A DNA stretch of 64,000 nucleotides from the NCBI GenBank assembly GCA_040954595.2, contig CM082587.2, forward strand, positions 7,367,705-7,431,704. The letters are read 5' to 3'. The translations under genes and the position numbers were made by a program. The notes beneath the pieces were generated by a model that saw only the letters and a program-made list of their open reading frames with translations, ran no database searches and was not told the origin of the DNA. Source of the stretch: Balanoglossus misakiensis. Lineage: Eukaryota; Animalia; Hemichordata. Positions 13,903 to 26,933 of this stretch are shown one piece after another; within the stretch, counting starts at the first letter, position 1; every line of letters begins with the position of its first letter.

Positions 13903-15647
13903 CATGGGTTATAGATCATGAAAATCACCAAAAAATGACCATTTTTCGACTTTCCGAAACATCAAAATTTCTTCGATTTTTGATAAAAATCATGGGTTAT
14001 AGCTCATGAAAATCATGAAAAAGTGACCATTTTTCGACTTCCCGAAACATCAAAATTTCTTCGATTTTTGATAAAAATTATCGGTTATAGCTCATTAAAA
14101 TCATGAAAAAATGACCATTTTTGGACTTTCCGAAACATCAAAATTTCTTCATATTTTGATAAAAATCATGGGTTATAGCTCATGAAATCACCAAAAAATG
14201 ACCATTTTTCGACTTTCCGAAACATAAAAATTTCTTCATTTTTTGACAAAAATCATGGGTTATAGATCATGAAAATCACCAAAAAATTTCCATTTTTTCG
14301 ACTTTCCGAAACATAAAAATTTCTTCATTTTTTGATAAAAATCATGGGTTATAGCTCATGAAAATCACCAAAAAATGACAATTTTTCGACTTTCCGAAAC
14401 ATCAAAATTTCGTCATTTTTTGATAAAAATCATGGGTTATAGCTCATGAAAATCACCGAAAATTGACCATTTTTCGACTTTCCGAAATATAAATATTTCT
14501 GCATTTTTTTGATAAAAATCATGGGTTATAGCTCATGAAAATCATCAAAAAATGACAATTTTTCGACTTTCCGAAACATCAACATTTCGTCATTTTTTGA
14601 TAAAAATCATGGGTTATAGCTCATGAAAATCACCAACAAATGACCATTTTTCGACTTTCCGAAACATCAAAATTTCGTCATTTTTTGATACAAATCATGG
14701 GTTATAGCCCATGAAAATCACCAAAAAATGACCATTTTTCGACATTCCGAAACATCAAAATTTCGTCATTTTTTGATAAAAATCATGGGTTATAGCTCAT
14801 GAAAATCATCAAAAAATGACCATTTTTCGACTTTCCGAAATATCAAAATTTCGTCATTTTTTGATAAAAAATCATGGGTTATAGCTCATGAAAATCACCA
14901 AAAAAATGACCATTCTTCGACTTTCCGAAACATCAACATTTCGTCATTTTTTGATAAAAATCATGGGTTATAGCTCATGAAAATCACCAACAAATGACCA
15001 TTTTTCGACTTTCCGAAACATCAAAATTTCGTCATTTTTTGATAAAAATCATGGGTTATAGCCCATGAAAATCACCAAAAAATGACCATTTTTCGACATT
15101 CCAAAACATCAAAATTTCGTCATTTTTTGATAAAAATCATGGGTTATAGCTAATGAAAATCATCAAAAAATGACCATTTTTCGACTTTCCGAAATATTAA
15201 AATTTCGTCATTTTTTGATAAAAATCATGGGTTATAGCTTATGAAAATCACCAAAAAATGACCATTCTTCGACTTTCCGAAACATCAAAATTTCGTCATT
15301 TTTTGATAAAAATCATGGGTTATAGCTCTTGATTTCACCAAAAAATGTCCATTTTTCGACTTTCCGAAACATCAAAATTTCTTCATTTTTTGATAAAAAT
15401 CATGGGTTATAGCTCATGAAAATCACCAAAAAATGACCATTTTTCGACTTTCCGAAACATCAAAATTTCGTCATTTTTTGATAAAAATCATGGGTTTAGC
15501 TCATGAAAATCATCCAGAAATGGAATTTTTTTGAGTTTGCGAAAGTTCAAAATTTCTTCATTTTTTGAAAAAAAATCATGGGTTATAGTTCATGAAAATC
15601 ATCCCTAAATGACAATTTTTCGACTTTGCGAAGTTTCAAAATTTCGT
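13897..15647 (-). repeat. Inverted block of the same 88-bp satellite, about 20 monomers, more diverged
   Basis: From about 13900 the sequence is the reverse complement of the monomer (AAAAATCATGGGTTATAGCTCATGAAAATC...); divergence rises toward 15647. Confidence 0.98.
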
Positions 15648-15674
15648 ATCCATTCATCCATACAGCCATTCAAG

Positions 15675-15835
15675 CACACACACACACACATACACACACA
15701 CACCCTCCCCCCACACATACATACATACATACATACATACATACATACATACATACATGCATGCATGCATGCATGCATGCATGCATACATACATACATAC
15801 ATACATACATACATACATACATACAATACATACAT
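15675..15835. repeat. Compound microsatellite (CA)n-(TACA)n-(TGCA)n-(TACA)n
   Basis: Directly visible; lies between the satellite end and the decarboxylase exon 4 donor. Confidence 0.95.
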
Positions 15836-15842
15836 TAATTAC

Positions 15843-17581
15843 CTCTTCGTCGTTTGCTATATTTTTCCTCAAACTTTCCACGTCCATTGTCAAGTTCTCT
15901 TCTGTCACGGGGATTTTTCTGACAATGGCGTCGCTCATACCGAGCACTCTGGCTGATTTGTCGATGCAATCATGTGTCGTTTCGGACACATACACAACAA
16001 GTCTTGAAAGAATAAAAGCACGTGTGATGGCGGATATATTGTATACAAATGGTGGCATTATTATAGAGTTTAGCGATAAATAGAAATAGGGGAGAGTGAG
16101 GGGGGGGGGTTGAGAAAGACAAAATCAATAGGACACAAATAAAATAATATAAGTACTTGTCATAGTCTTTTCCTTTTACGTTCCTGCTTTCTCGGGCTGT
16201 TGCCACGGCAATAAGAGTTCCCGATGACCCACCACTTGTTAAGTTCCCAGCATGCCCTGGTGGGTAGCCACATAGTCCGGCTGCCCAGGAAACCAACATA
16301 TTCTCCAATCGAACCCCTTCCGGTGCGCCATAGAAGATCCCTGTTCAGCAGAAGAGGCGCATTGTATCTGTCATTTATATATTATATATACCTATACACA
16401 GACACATACAGACAATGAGTGGCGAGTCAAGTGACTCACGAAACAACACAGTAGAGGAATATCTCTAATCGATTCGAAGCTACCATTTCTGATATTCCGT
16501 TGGCATTGAGCACTTTGCATCGGGCCAGTCGAATCGAACTGCATGTTAGACTCTCTCACAGCCCCTCTCGCCGTCCATGGGGCTTCTCCTTTGCTGAACG
16601 GTTGAGGGCGCGTCAGTGAAGAGCCTTGTAGCGAGCCGTGGGCTGTGAGAGAGTCTAACTGCATATATACTAGTACTTAATAACATAATACAATACAACA
16701 CACGTGTGTTTCAGTTTAAAATGATTCGATTTCAGTCCAAACTGACCTTATTACTTCAACGTGGTATTACATGCAAGTTGTTGCCTTTGTTTATCTACCT
16801 CGCTCGAATACGCTAGGGAAAACGTGAATATCGATAGCGTGGCGGGGCTGCTATCCAGTTTTCAGGTCCTAAACTAGACTCTCTCACAGCCCACGGTTCG
16901 CTACAAAGGCTCTTCACTGACGCGCCCTCAACCGTTTGGCAAGGGAGAAGCACCGTTTGGTGTTGTGTAGCTAACCGGACCATCATGCAATCAGTCCATA
17001 AGCCTGCATGGACGGCGAGAGGGGCTGTGAGAGAGTCTAGTCCTAAACCGGAGAGCTAACCCGTCACAAACTTGTATGGCCAAAACTCGGAATGGTTTGA
17101 AACATACCAGTAAATTTGTTTGTCACGGCTGTTAAGTAGTCCCCAATGGCCGATGGGAACAAACCTCCTCCTGGGACAAATCCCATGGTCATACCATGCG
17201 CCATTTCAATGCCCGTTTTTAAAACAGTCTGTTCAAATAAACCCAACAGCTTATCTGAAAGCGAAACATCGCGAGAAAATCCAGTCGTCATAAGTACATG
17301 TAGGTTAATGATTTCAACCGGAACGCAGTATAAAACTTGTAGTGACAACATACATACGCACCTAAACTGGTACCATGGTCTGTGATAGGACTGTTCAGAA
17401 TGCCCGACGTCTCATTGCCACCGTCCCTCATTAACGCTTTAGAATCCTGAGTTTCCAATCCAGCCAAGAAATTTTCGGCTGCATCCATGGTTCTCTTCAT
17501 TAACTCATGCCGTTCATCATGCCCAGGCTCTAAACACATCGCTCCAGCCTCAAGATCTTCAAGTCTCGCCGACAGGTCCAT
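15843..17581 (-). CDS. Group II PLP-dependent (aromatic-L-amino-acid-decarboxylase-like) decarboxylase, N-terminal 4 exons only
   Basis: Exons 17581-17362, 17254-17108, 16340-16157, 16002-15843 with GT-AG junctions join in frame (711 nt, 237 aa): MDLSARLEDLE...GFVPGGGLFPSAIGDYLTAVTNKFTGIFYGAPEGVRLENMLVSW...GNLTSGGSSGTLIAVATAR...VVYVSETTHDCIDKSARVLG...LTMDVESLRKNIANDEE. G-x-x-T-S-G-G-S and S-x-x-x-H-x-x-x-x-K motifs are typical of Pyridoxal_deC. The PLP-lysine region is not in the window. Confidence 0.88.
16547..16657. mobile_element. 111-bp MITE-like element, TIR TAGACTCTCTCACAGCCC, 9-bp TSD
   Basis: 18-bp terminal inverted repeats; flanks ACTGCATGT / ACTGCATAT (8 of 9 match). In decarboxylase intron 2. 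Confidence 0.8.
16875..17039. mobile_element. 165-bp MITE-like element of the same family, opposite orientation, perfect 9-bp TSD
   Basis: Same TIR; flanked on both sides by GTCCTAAAC; internal sequence is the reverse complement of the 16547 copy plus an extra segment. Confidence 0.85.
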
Positions 17582-19599
17582 TTCCACGTCTGATGGATTC
17601 CCAAAGAAGTATTCTAGGTCTAGTGATTGTTAATGTGCTATTTAGACCCCTTCCCCCAAATCAAAGACTGGAGTATACAAATACACTGTACATGTACTGA
17701 TGGATTGTTAAGGCTTGTAATTTTTCACCTTTCTAGGACATTTCGTGGTTATCTGAGATTTAGTATTTCCGAACGAAGGCACGGGCTCTTCAAACTCCTA
17801 AAACTATACATTTCAGGGCTGGTTGCAGCTCCGCGGCGAGTGACCGTGTCCAAAAATGCAATGAAAAAAAATGTATGTACGACGATTATACCGCAGTGGT
17901 TGACTACTGGAGTGACCTGGACCTAAGTACAATGAACTGTCTCAACAAAGCATGATATTATAATTGCAAGTGGCCCACCTAGTTACATTTGTAGGTTAAT
18001 GGGTGTGCACAATTGCGAATACTAACTATCACTGCTCAAATGGAGGAGTCTGTGGCGATTGTGTTTTTTTATTCAGTCGTGACGTGAATATGTGCACGTC
18101 ACAGCTAAAATCACAGTTTCGACCACTATAACACCACAGGGAACTTAGAAATATTGTTGTTGATGATGATAAGCCATTCCTTGCTGTCATTTGTCGATGT
18201 TGTAAAACTGTAAAAGAACACTATAATCGTGACAAAAAAAAACTAGATCGCCCTATACATAATGCCTATCTTCTTTTATGTTCGCCTAACGTCCATAATA
18301 ACAAGAAAGAAACGCGTACGCCGCAGTGGTTGACTCCTGGAGTGACCTTGACCTAAGGGCAGTCAGTGAACGGCTGTCTTGCGTTTTCAAAAAGAGTAAG
18401 CGTTTCTCATCGAGAAAAAAATTTGGTTTCACGCGCAAAATATAACGCCGCATTTTTCGGGATTCCAACTCGGACCCCACCGTAACGATTCGCGTAGAAA
18501 TGGAGTCAGTATAAAACCAGTCAGCTAGATTCCTGTGGCCCACCGAGTTAGGTTAATGGTGAGGTTCCTCAGTCCTGTCACTCATTTAGCTGTTCGTCGG
18601 TGCATATGTGTATCACAACATAACAACCAACACATGGCCACAAACACATTAAAACCACGTTTAAAATCATTGCCCGAGCTTCAGATAGCAAAGTGCCTCT
18701 CTTACATTTCAATACTATGGTCTAATTAAGTAACAATAAAGAACGTAAAGAAGTTTACCTTTCAATGGATTAGCACCCTGATATGCTTCGGTATGCACAG
18801 TAAGCAAAACAGTTGACTTCGGACCCGTTCACTCTGAGCAGAGCGCAGCCAGTGGCAGAATTTAGCGAGGGAACCAGTCTGACAATAGATCCCCGAGAAA
18901 CTTCTCACGCAAGTCAATTCTCACCGAAGTTTATACGTGTGCTATATAACGCTCTCGCAAGGTTGTGCGCATGTACAAAGATTTTGATGAAGAGGAATTT
19001 GCTCCATCGCTATGTTACCACAAGTAGACTCTACGCGTTTGATGGTACGAGACCAACAGACACCCGTTGAACACATGTTGGACAAGTACGGTTCGCCAGG
19101 TGTTGATTGTTTCAACTTAATGCTGTGATAGGTCAACAGATTAAGTAAATTCAGCAGGTGGTTCTTTTTTCCCTCAGCTTGCATTCTGGATTAGGCGCTG
19201 ATCATGATACCGCTATGTTTAATGTTTGGCCAGGCCTGAGGTGTCGACGAGAGATCAAAGGGCACAACCTGCGACCGACAGAATCGAACTGTAATTTTTA
19301 AACCGGTCATGCGCAAGGCTCAAGACATACAAAACTGGTCAGTATGATTTGGTGACACGCAAAGAGAGAAAAGACAAATCGATAACATTCTTGGCATGCA
19401 TAGGCAAATAAATACAAATTGCTGGTACATTTGTTTTCACGTGTTTTCAGGTTAACTACAGTACACGTGTACATATATGCAGAATGAATTTTGAACGAGC
19501 TTCCTGTTGAACCAGCTAGTACACTGGTATACAATTCACAATAATTCAGAACATTTCAATGAAAGACAAGACAAGACATGAATGGAATTGATAGTATAC

Positions 19600-19862
19600 A
19601 TCTAATGTGTATCCTTTCTATAAAATGTATGTGTCTGTCTTTCTGAATTTATTATTAGTTAATTCAGGCATCTTATTTTGCTCACGTATCGCTTTCTTTT
19701 TACAGAACTGAAATTAAAACTAGAATAAAAAAATCATGCAGAAATAGAATATTGTACTCAGTGCATGTAGAATTGTAGCTAATGTAAGAACAATGCAGTT
19801 CAGTTTTTAGTCAATTTCTGAGCACACCACTTCTGATCAGCCACATCCAGGAACAGGTTAGT
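19600..19862 (+). promoter_or_regulatory. Conserved upstream region / non-coding first exon of secreted-protein gene 1 (TATA-like CTATAAAA near 19618, donor CAG|GTTAGT at 19857)
   Basis: ATCAGC...CAG|GTTAGT motif lies upstream of all nine paralogues; AG acceptors lie just before the ATGs. Confidence 0.6.
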
Positions 19863-20097
19863 AGATGTATGGCAATGTGATAAAAGTCAGTACTGTGTGT
19901 CTTTCGGTTCTGCTTTTGCTCCCAACGAAGGTAAACGCTGAGTTTATTTCCCTACAGCCGATTTCAATCAATTTGGTTCCACGGCATTCCCTATAATCGT
20001 GTTTTTACATGCAGATAGTCACTTAATCTCCCTCTCATTGCATGCACATATAACAAAGCGAAGAACTTCAGTTTGTTTTTCAATCATACAAACACTG

Positions 20098-20249
<152 letters not shown>

Positions 20250-20319
20250 GGACGTCGCTTTTTGTTATCCGCCAATAAAACCACCAATTTCATGTTTTCA
20301 ATATTTAGGTAACACAACA

Positions 20320-21241
20320 ATGAAGCTGTTTATTATCACATCGACTATTCTGACCATCGTAGCTGGCAATGACGAGCACCCCTTTCAGAGCGAGTCTTGG
20401 GTATGCAGCAAGTTGGAAGGAAAAATATACGACAATGCAATACACAATGCTTATCTCACTCATGGCGTTCCTTGCTTTGACGAGCTTATGGATGTCCCCG
20501 ACTTAGTGGCGGACAAAACGCCGTTTAAAAACGACCAACTATACTTGGCTGTGGGTCCATTCATTGGTGGCACCAAGACATTCCGCTTCATGCTAGTTGC
20601 TACCGATCAAATCGACACCATTGACCTGGTAAATACCCACCGATTAAAGTCGATATGCATTTATTTAGTCACGTGTCCCAGCGCCCAGATTGGATTTTTC
20701 CAGGCCCTTCTTCTCAGCGCTGATCAACTTCGAAGTTCCAAAATACAATTGCGAGTGAACATGTGACCTAAGCGACCTTATTAACATAATTTGCAATAAC
20801 GGTAGTTGCGACTTTCATTTTCAGGGGAGCAAACTCTCTGACGAAATTGCAAACGAATGCCTACTCTGTAATGTTGCTAATTACCATGATAATATGGCAT
20901 ATGCAAACTGCACGGATATAGTAAGTACATATTCGTTTTTGACTTTATTACTTGAAAACAACGTGTCACTCTAGAATTTGAGCAATTTTAGAAACAGCAT
21001 TGATTTTCAGCTTATTTGCAACAATTTACCATCTTAAAAGTATTGCTAAATGGTAACAGTGTCCATGTGTTCTTTCCAGGAATGTCCCGAGCGAATTTCC
21101 AAAGAATTGTATTGGGACCCGCCCGGGGACATCACCTTCGAAAGCAACATCACGTACTGCGGCTTCAAAAGGGAAGGGGATACGGCAATATACTTTTGCA
21201 AATATTATGCACCAGAACACCCTTTTGAAGAGGGTCAATAG
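20320..21241 (+). CDS. Secreted 8-Cys protein family, copy 1 (188 aa, unknown function)
   Basis: Exons 20320-20628, 20825-20920, 21080-21241; phase-0 GT-AG introns; signal peptide MKLFIITSTILTIVAG; AATAAA downstream. Confidence 0.9.
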
Positions 21242-22759
21242 TTGCCTAAATAAAACTTTAATGAGTTACAATATAATTTGATGTTACAAGCACCACTTGT
21301 AATGCTATGCTGGAAGTAATGATGCATAATAAAAAAAAATACATCATACACTAACTATGCATCTTCCTTAAAACGTAGAACTATGCAGAGATGCTTAGAA
21401 AAATACCATACGTGGAAAATTATAAGGTTACCATATACTTTTGAAACAAAATGCTGGTGCCATACTTATCCATCTAAAGAAGAGGGTCTTAATAAGTATT
21501 TGTGTTGGGATCGGTAAAATGAAGTCAATGCGCGGCACAAACAATTGGAGATAAATAAACGTTGTCTTTCTGCGTCTTCTTTAAACTTACACAGAAATGC
21601 CTAGAAAAACACTTTTTCATGGAAAATAAGATCAATGGTTAACATCTTCTTCTGAAACAAAATTTTGGTGCCATACTTATCCATCCAAAGTATATGTGTT
21701 GGGATTGGTAAAAGGAAGTCAATGTGTGACGCACAAATTTAGATATATCATGGCTGCTGAAAAAATGCAAAATTAGGACAAAGGTCACAGAACAATTAGT
21801 CAACAATGTTTGGTCCGTTATTGACCCACATCAACCAGAAAGCCTATCTGCAGCAATAGTGGGGTTTACTGTAATTAGATTATGTATAATGTTTCATAGC
21901 GGTTTTAACCACAGTTTTAAAGTTCCATATTATACGTTATTTACATTTTGTAAGTGAGTGATCGCATGACGCAGAGGAATTGATAGAGGTCGTACCCATT
22001 CTATAAACTGTATGTGTCTATCTGTCCGCATTTAATTAGTTTATCCAAGCATCGTATTTTTCTCACGTAGCATTTCAATTTTGTTGAACACGAATGATGC
22101 GAAAATAGAAACAATCTTGCTGAAATAGAATATTGTACAAAATGCATGTAGGCCTAAGTTTGTTTGCCATGTGATTTATGTACCAAACAATATATTTCAC
22201 TACTCAGTCGACTTCTGACCACATCATTTCTGATCAGCATCATCCATCCAAGGAGCAGGTTAGTTAGTTGCTTTTTCTCCCAGGGACCCTTTTAATGAAA
22301 TATACCTCCTCTACATCAGCTAGTTTCAATCAGATTGGTTGCATGCTAATCGTGTGTTGTCTACAGGCGGTCACTGCTTCGAACTTCTTCCTCAGACAAT
22401 TTCCGGGAAGATCCAAGGAAACATATTGCATATGAATGTCAAGATTTTATTATTCTTTTCCTCCCTCGCTGTTTGGCTCCAGACACTAGAAAATATAATA
22501 AAAATCAACAAGTTGTTTTATATATACCGTTATTGCATGGTCACCCTCGCCCCTCTCACCGTTTACTGTGCTGGGCAATTTTGACCAACTGCTGTAATCG
22601 CCAATAAGCCAATTTGTTGGTATGGGGGTACACTACTTGTCAATAATGCGTCCCCTCAATAATAGACAGAGACACACGTCGTCGAGAATGTGTGTGTCTA
22701 CCTCTAATTACACATGTTATAGATCCACCAATTTCAGTTGTTCCATCATGCGATTACTG

Positions 22760-22760
22760 C

Positions 22761-22849
<89 letters not shown>

Positions 22850-22850
22850 A
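22760..22850. repeat. (CAA)n microsatellite
   Basis: Visible; homologous position to the repeat before copy 1. Confidence 0.95.
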
Positions 22851-22910
22851 ACAACGTTGTATGTTATCCACCAAATGCAGTTTTGTTTCATTATGCAGGC
22901 ATCTGGAACA

Positions 22911-23876
22911 ATGAAGCTGTTTATTATAACATTGACTATTCTGACCATCGTAGCTGGCGATGTTGAACATCCCTGGCAGAGCGAGCCATGGATGTGCAGT
23001 AAGGCTGATGTGAAGATATACGATTATGTAATACACAATGTTTTTGTCACCAACTGCGCGCCCTGTTTTGACGATCTCATGGAAGTCCCGGACATCGTAG
23101 CGAACAAAACTTCGTTTCTAGACGACTTGGTATACATGGCAGTGGGACCATATATTGGATACACCCAGACGTTCCGTCTCATGCAAGTTGCTACTGATAA
23201 AATCGACACCATTGACCTGGTAAATGCCGAACGATTCCATGCATTTTAACACGATTCTGTAGAGTATGTGTACTATGTGTGATTGAAAAAAAGATGTATA
23301 GAGATGAAAATTGTATGGATAGACAAGTTTAAGTCAAATACCACTAAATCCTATTTAAGAACATTGGTGATCGTCGCCCATGTAAAATCCACTAAGATGA
23401 CGTCCACTAACCTATAATATCCACTAACCTGATTTACAACTTCCAATTTCAGGGCTACAAACTTTCCGACGAAAATGCAACTGAATGCCTACTCTGTAAC
23501 GTTGCTCATTACAATGGTAACATTGTAAATGTAAACTGCACGGACATAGTAAGTCAGGAGCCATTTTTGTCCTTAGTATAACTGTAAAACAACGTGCCGC
23601 TCTAAGATCATTCAACTGACCGTCTAACTTGAGAAATTCCTGTTGAGAAGTGTTTTGCCTCTTCGCAACGATTTATTGACGGTAACAGACTTCGTGTGTT
23701 CTTTCCAGGAATGTCCTGAGAGAATTTCCAATGAACTGTATTGGCACCCTCCCGGGAACGTCACCTACGAAAGCAATGTCATGTACTGCAGCTTTACAAT
23801 GGAGGGAGAGAATTCAATCTACTTTTGCAAAGACTATGCGCCAGAACATCCTTTTGAAGAGGACCAATTGCCTTAA
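22911..23876 (+). CDS. Secreted 8-Cys protein family, copy 2 (190 aa)
   Basis: Exons 22911-23219, 23453-23548, 23709-23876; same structure; an extra Cys (TNCAPC). Confidence 0.9.
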
Positions 23877-25323
23877 TATTAATTGAAGAAGTTACAATTA
23901 TAATTATGTTTTGAATCATATGATGTTTCAAGCACCACTTGCAATTTATGCTCCACACCATTACTATTATCGGAATGATGACGCAAAATAAAAAAGGTAA
24001 CAAACAATAACATTCTCTTTCTGTGTCTTCCTTAAAAGTAAAACTACTCAGAACAGCCTAGGGTAAATGTCGTTATGGGAAATTGTATCAAAGGTTTCCC
24101 ATACACATTTGAAACAAGATGTTAGTGCCATGCTTATGCAACTAATGGAGAGGGTCCTAATAAGTATATGTGTTGGGATTGGTAAAATGAAGTCAATGCG
24201 TGACACACAAGCTTATAGATAACATGGCTGCCGAAATATGCAAATTCGGACCAAAGGTCATCCAACAATTAATCAACAAAGTCTGATCCCCTGTTGACCC
24301 ATATCAACCAGAAGGCCAGAAATAGTGAGGAATGAAAATCAATCAAAGCCACATCCACCATCATCTTATCAGATCTAGATCTTTCCCGGGATATGTGACT
24401 GTATACAAAACTGAGTTACATTTGTTTTGGTTGTTTTCAGGTTGACTATAATTAGCTGTATATTATTCAGAATTTTTTACCACGGGCGACTTTTAACAAA
24501 TTTTAGAATTCCAGATGGTACGTCAGTACATTGATAAGTAGCTGCATGGTGGCCTAACGCAATGGAATTGATAGATGTCTAATATGTATCCCTTCTATAA
24601 AGTGTATGTGTCTATCTGTTCGCATTTTAATTTGTTAATCCAGGTATCGTATTATTTTTCTCACGCAGCATGTTATTTTTTGTTGAACAGGAATAAATCG
24701 AATAATAAAAAAATTCTTGCTGAAATAGAATTTTGTACAAAATGCATGTAAGCTTGGTTGACATGTAAGTAATAATACATTTCACTACTCAGTCGATTTC
24801 TGACCACACCATTTCTAATCAGCCACATCCATCCAGGAACAGGTTAGTTAGATCTGATTAAAGTCCCTGTGCTGTGTTTTTCTGTTGTGCTTTTTCTCCC
24901 GCGACCATCTAATGCAATTAAGTGTGGAGCATATTACTATATAGCTGGTTTTAATCAGATCGGTTGCACGGTATATTTTTTTGCTAATGGTGTTTTATGC
25001 AGGCGGTCACTGCATCGAACCTCTTCCTCAGACAATTTGCGACCATATCGAACAAGCTGTCTTGGTGATCGCTATAATGTAACTTCAGAAATATCCAAGG
25101 AAAAATTGCCAATATGTTACCATGGGGGGGGGGGGGGGGGTACATTTCTTTTCAATAATGTATCTACTCAATGAAAGATAGAGACACACGCTCGTGTGTT
25201 ACCTCCAACAGCCCATGCAATAAACCCAACAAATTCATTTTTTTCATCTTAAAACCATGGCAACAACACCGACACTGTTTAATATCCACTATTTTCAGGT
25301 TTGTTGCATCGACATTTGGAACA

Positions 25324-26196
25324 ATGAAGCTGTTTATTATTACACTGACTGTTCTGACCGTCGTTGTTTGCGATAACGAGAACCCCTTTCCTAGCGAGTC
25401 TTTGGTCTGCAGCAGGGTGGACGGGAAAATATACGATAATGCAATACACAATGCTCTTCTCACCCATGGTGCCCCTTGTTTAGACGAGCTCACGGAAATC
25501 CCCGACTTGGTGGCGGACGAAACTCCGTTAAGAAGCGAACAACTCTACATGGCCGTGGGTCCACTTATTGGTGGCACCGAGACGTCCCTCCTCATGAAGA
25601 CGTCCCATCTCATGCTTGTTGCTACTGATAAAATCGACACGATTGACCTGGTAAATGCCGATCGATACTCTATGTATATTATCACGATTCCAGAGAGTAC
25701 GGGAGTCTATTTGCATGTAAAAATAAATAAAATGCGCTAAACCTAATTTACAACTTCCATTTTCAGGGAAGCAAACTGCCCGACGAAATTGCAACTGAAT
25801 GTCTACTCTGTCAGGCTGATTATTACCGTGGTAATCTGGCATATGCAAAGTGCACGGATATAGTAAGTTAATATGACTTTTTTGTCTTAAATGTAACCTG
25901 AAAACAACGTGTCACTCTAGAATTACAAACCTGACCGTCTTATTTGAGAAATTGCTGCTGATATCGGATCAATTAGATGTTTAGCCTATTCGCAACAATT
26001 TACAGTCTTATAAAGAATTGCTAAAACCCTTTGTACGGTAACATAGTGTGTATGTTCTTTCCAGGAATGTCCAGAGCGAATTTCCAAAGAATTGTATTGG
26101 CGTCCTCCTGGGAACATCACCTACGAAACCAACACAATGTTCTGCGGCTTCAGAAGGGAGGGAAACAATTTAATCTACTTTTGCAAAGACTTTTGA
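25324..26196 (+). CDS. Secreted 8-Cys protein family, copy 3 (6-aa duplication, C-terminal frameshift; possibly degenerating)
   Basis: Exons 25324-25650, 25767-25862, 26065-26196; 18-bp tandem duplication in exon 1; about 17-bp deletion gives ...FCKDF-stop. Confidence 0.8.
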
Positions 26197-26933
26197 AGAG
26201 GATCATTAGCAGCCTAAAAATTAATTTAAGAAGTTACAATATAATTTATTAAATAATGTGATATTCCGAGCACCACTTTCAATGTACACTCCGCACCATA
26301 ACTATGTTGGAAACGATGATGCATAATAAAAAAAAGATAAAAGTAACATTGTCTTTCTGTTTCTTCTTTAAACTAAACTGCCAGCCCTAGAAAAAATACT
26401 TTTCGTGGAAACTAAGGTCAAAGGTTACCATATTCAGCTTAAAGTAAATTTTGATGCGATACTTATCCATGTAAAGAAGGAGGGGTCTTAATAAGTATAT
26501 GTGGTTGGATTGTTGAGAGGAAGTCTTTGTATGACACTCAAACTTAAAGATATCACGGGTTCAGAAATAAGCAAAATTAGGACAAGTCATCCAAAACAAA
26601 GTTTGGTCCCTTGTTGACCCATGTCAGTCGGAAGGCCTGTCTGCATGAAATAGTGAGGAATGAAAATCAATCAAAGTCACACCCACCATCATCTTATCAG
26701 ATCTAGATCTTTCCCTGGCTATGTGACTGTATACAAAACTGAGTCACATTTGTTTTAGTTGTTTTCAGGTTAACTATAATTAGATTATTCAGGATTTTTC
26801 ATCGTAGGCGACTTTTAACCAATTTTAGAATTCCAGATGGTACGTCATTACATTGATAAGAAGCTGCATGGTGGCCTAACGCAATGGAATTGATAAAGGT
26901 CTAATACGTTTCCCTTCTATGAAATGTATGTGT

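Noticed and set aside
15605-15956. ORFs rich in HT/YIHT/MYVC
   Set aside because: Microsatellite read-through; only 15843-16002 on the minus strand is exon.
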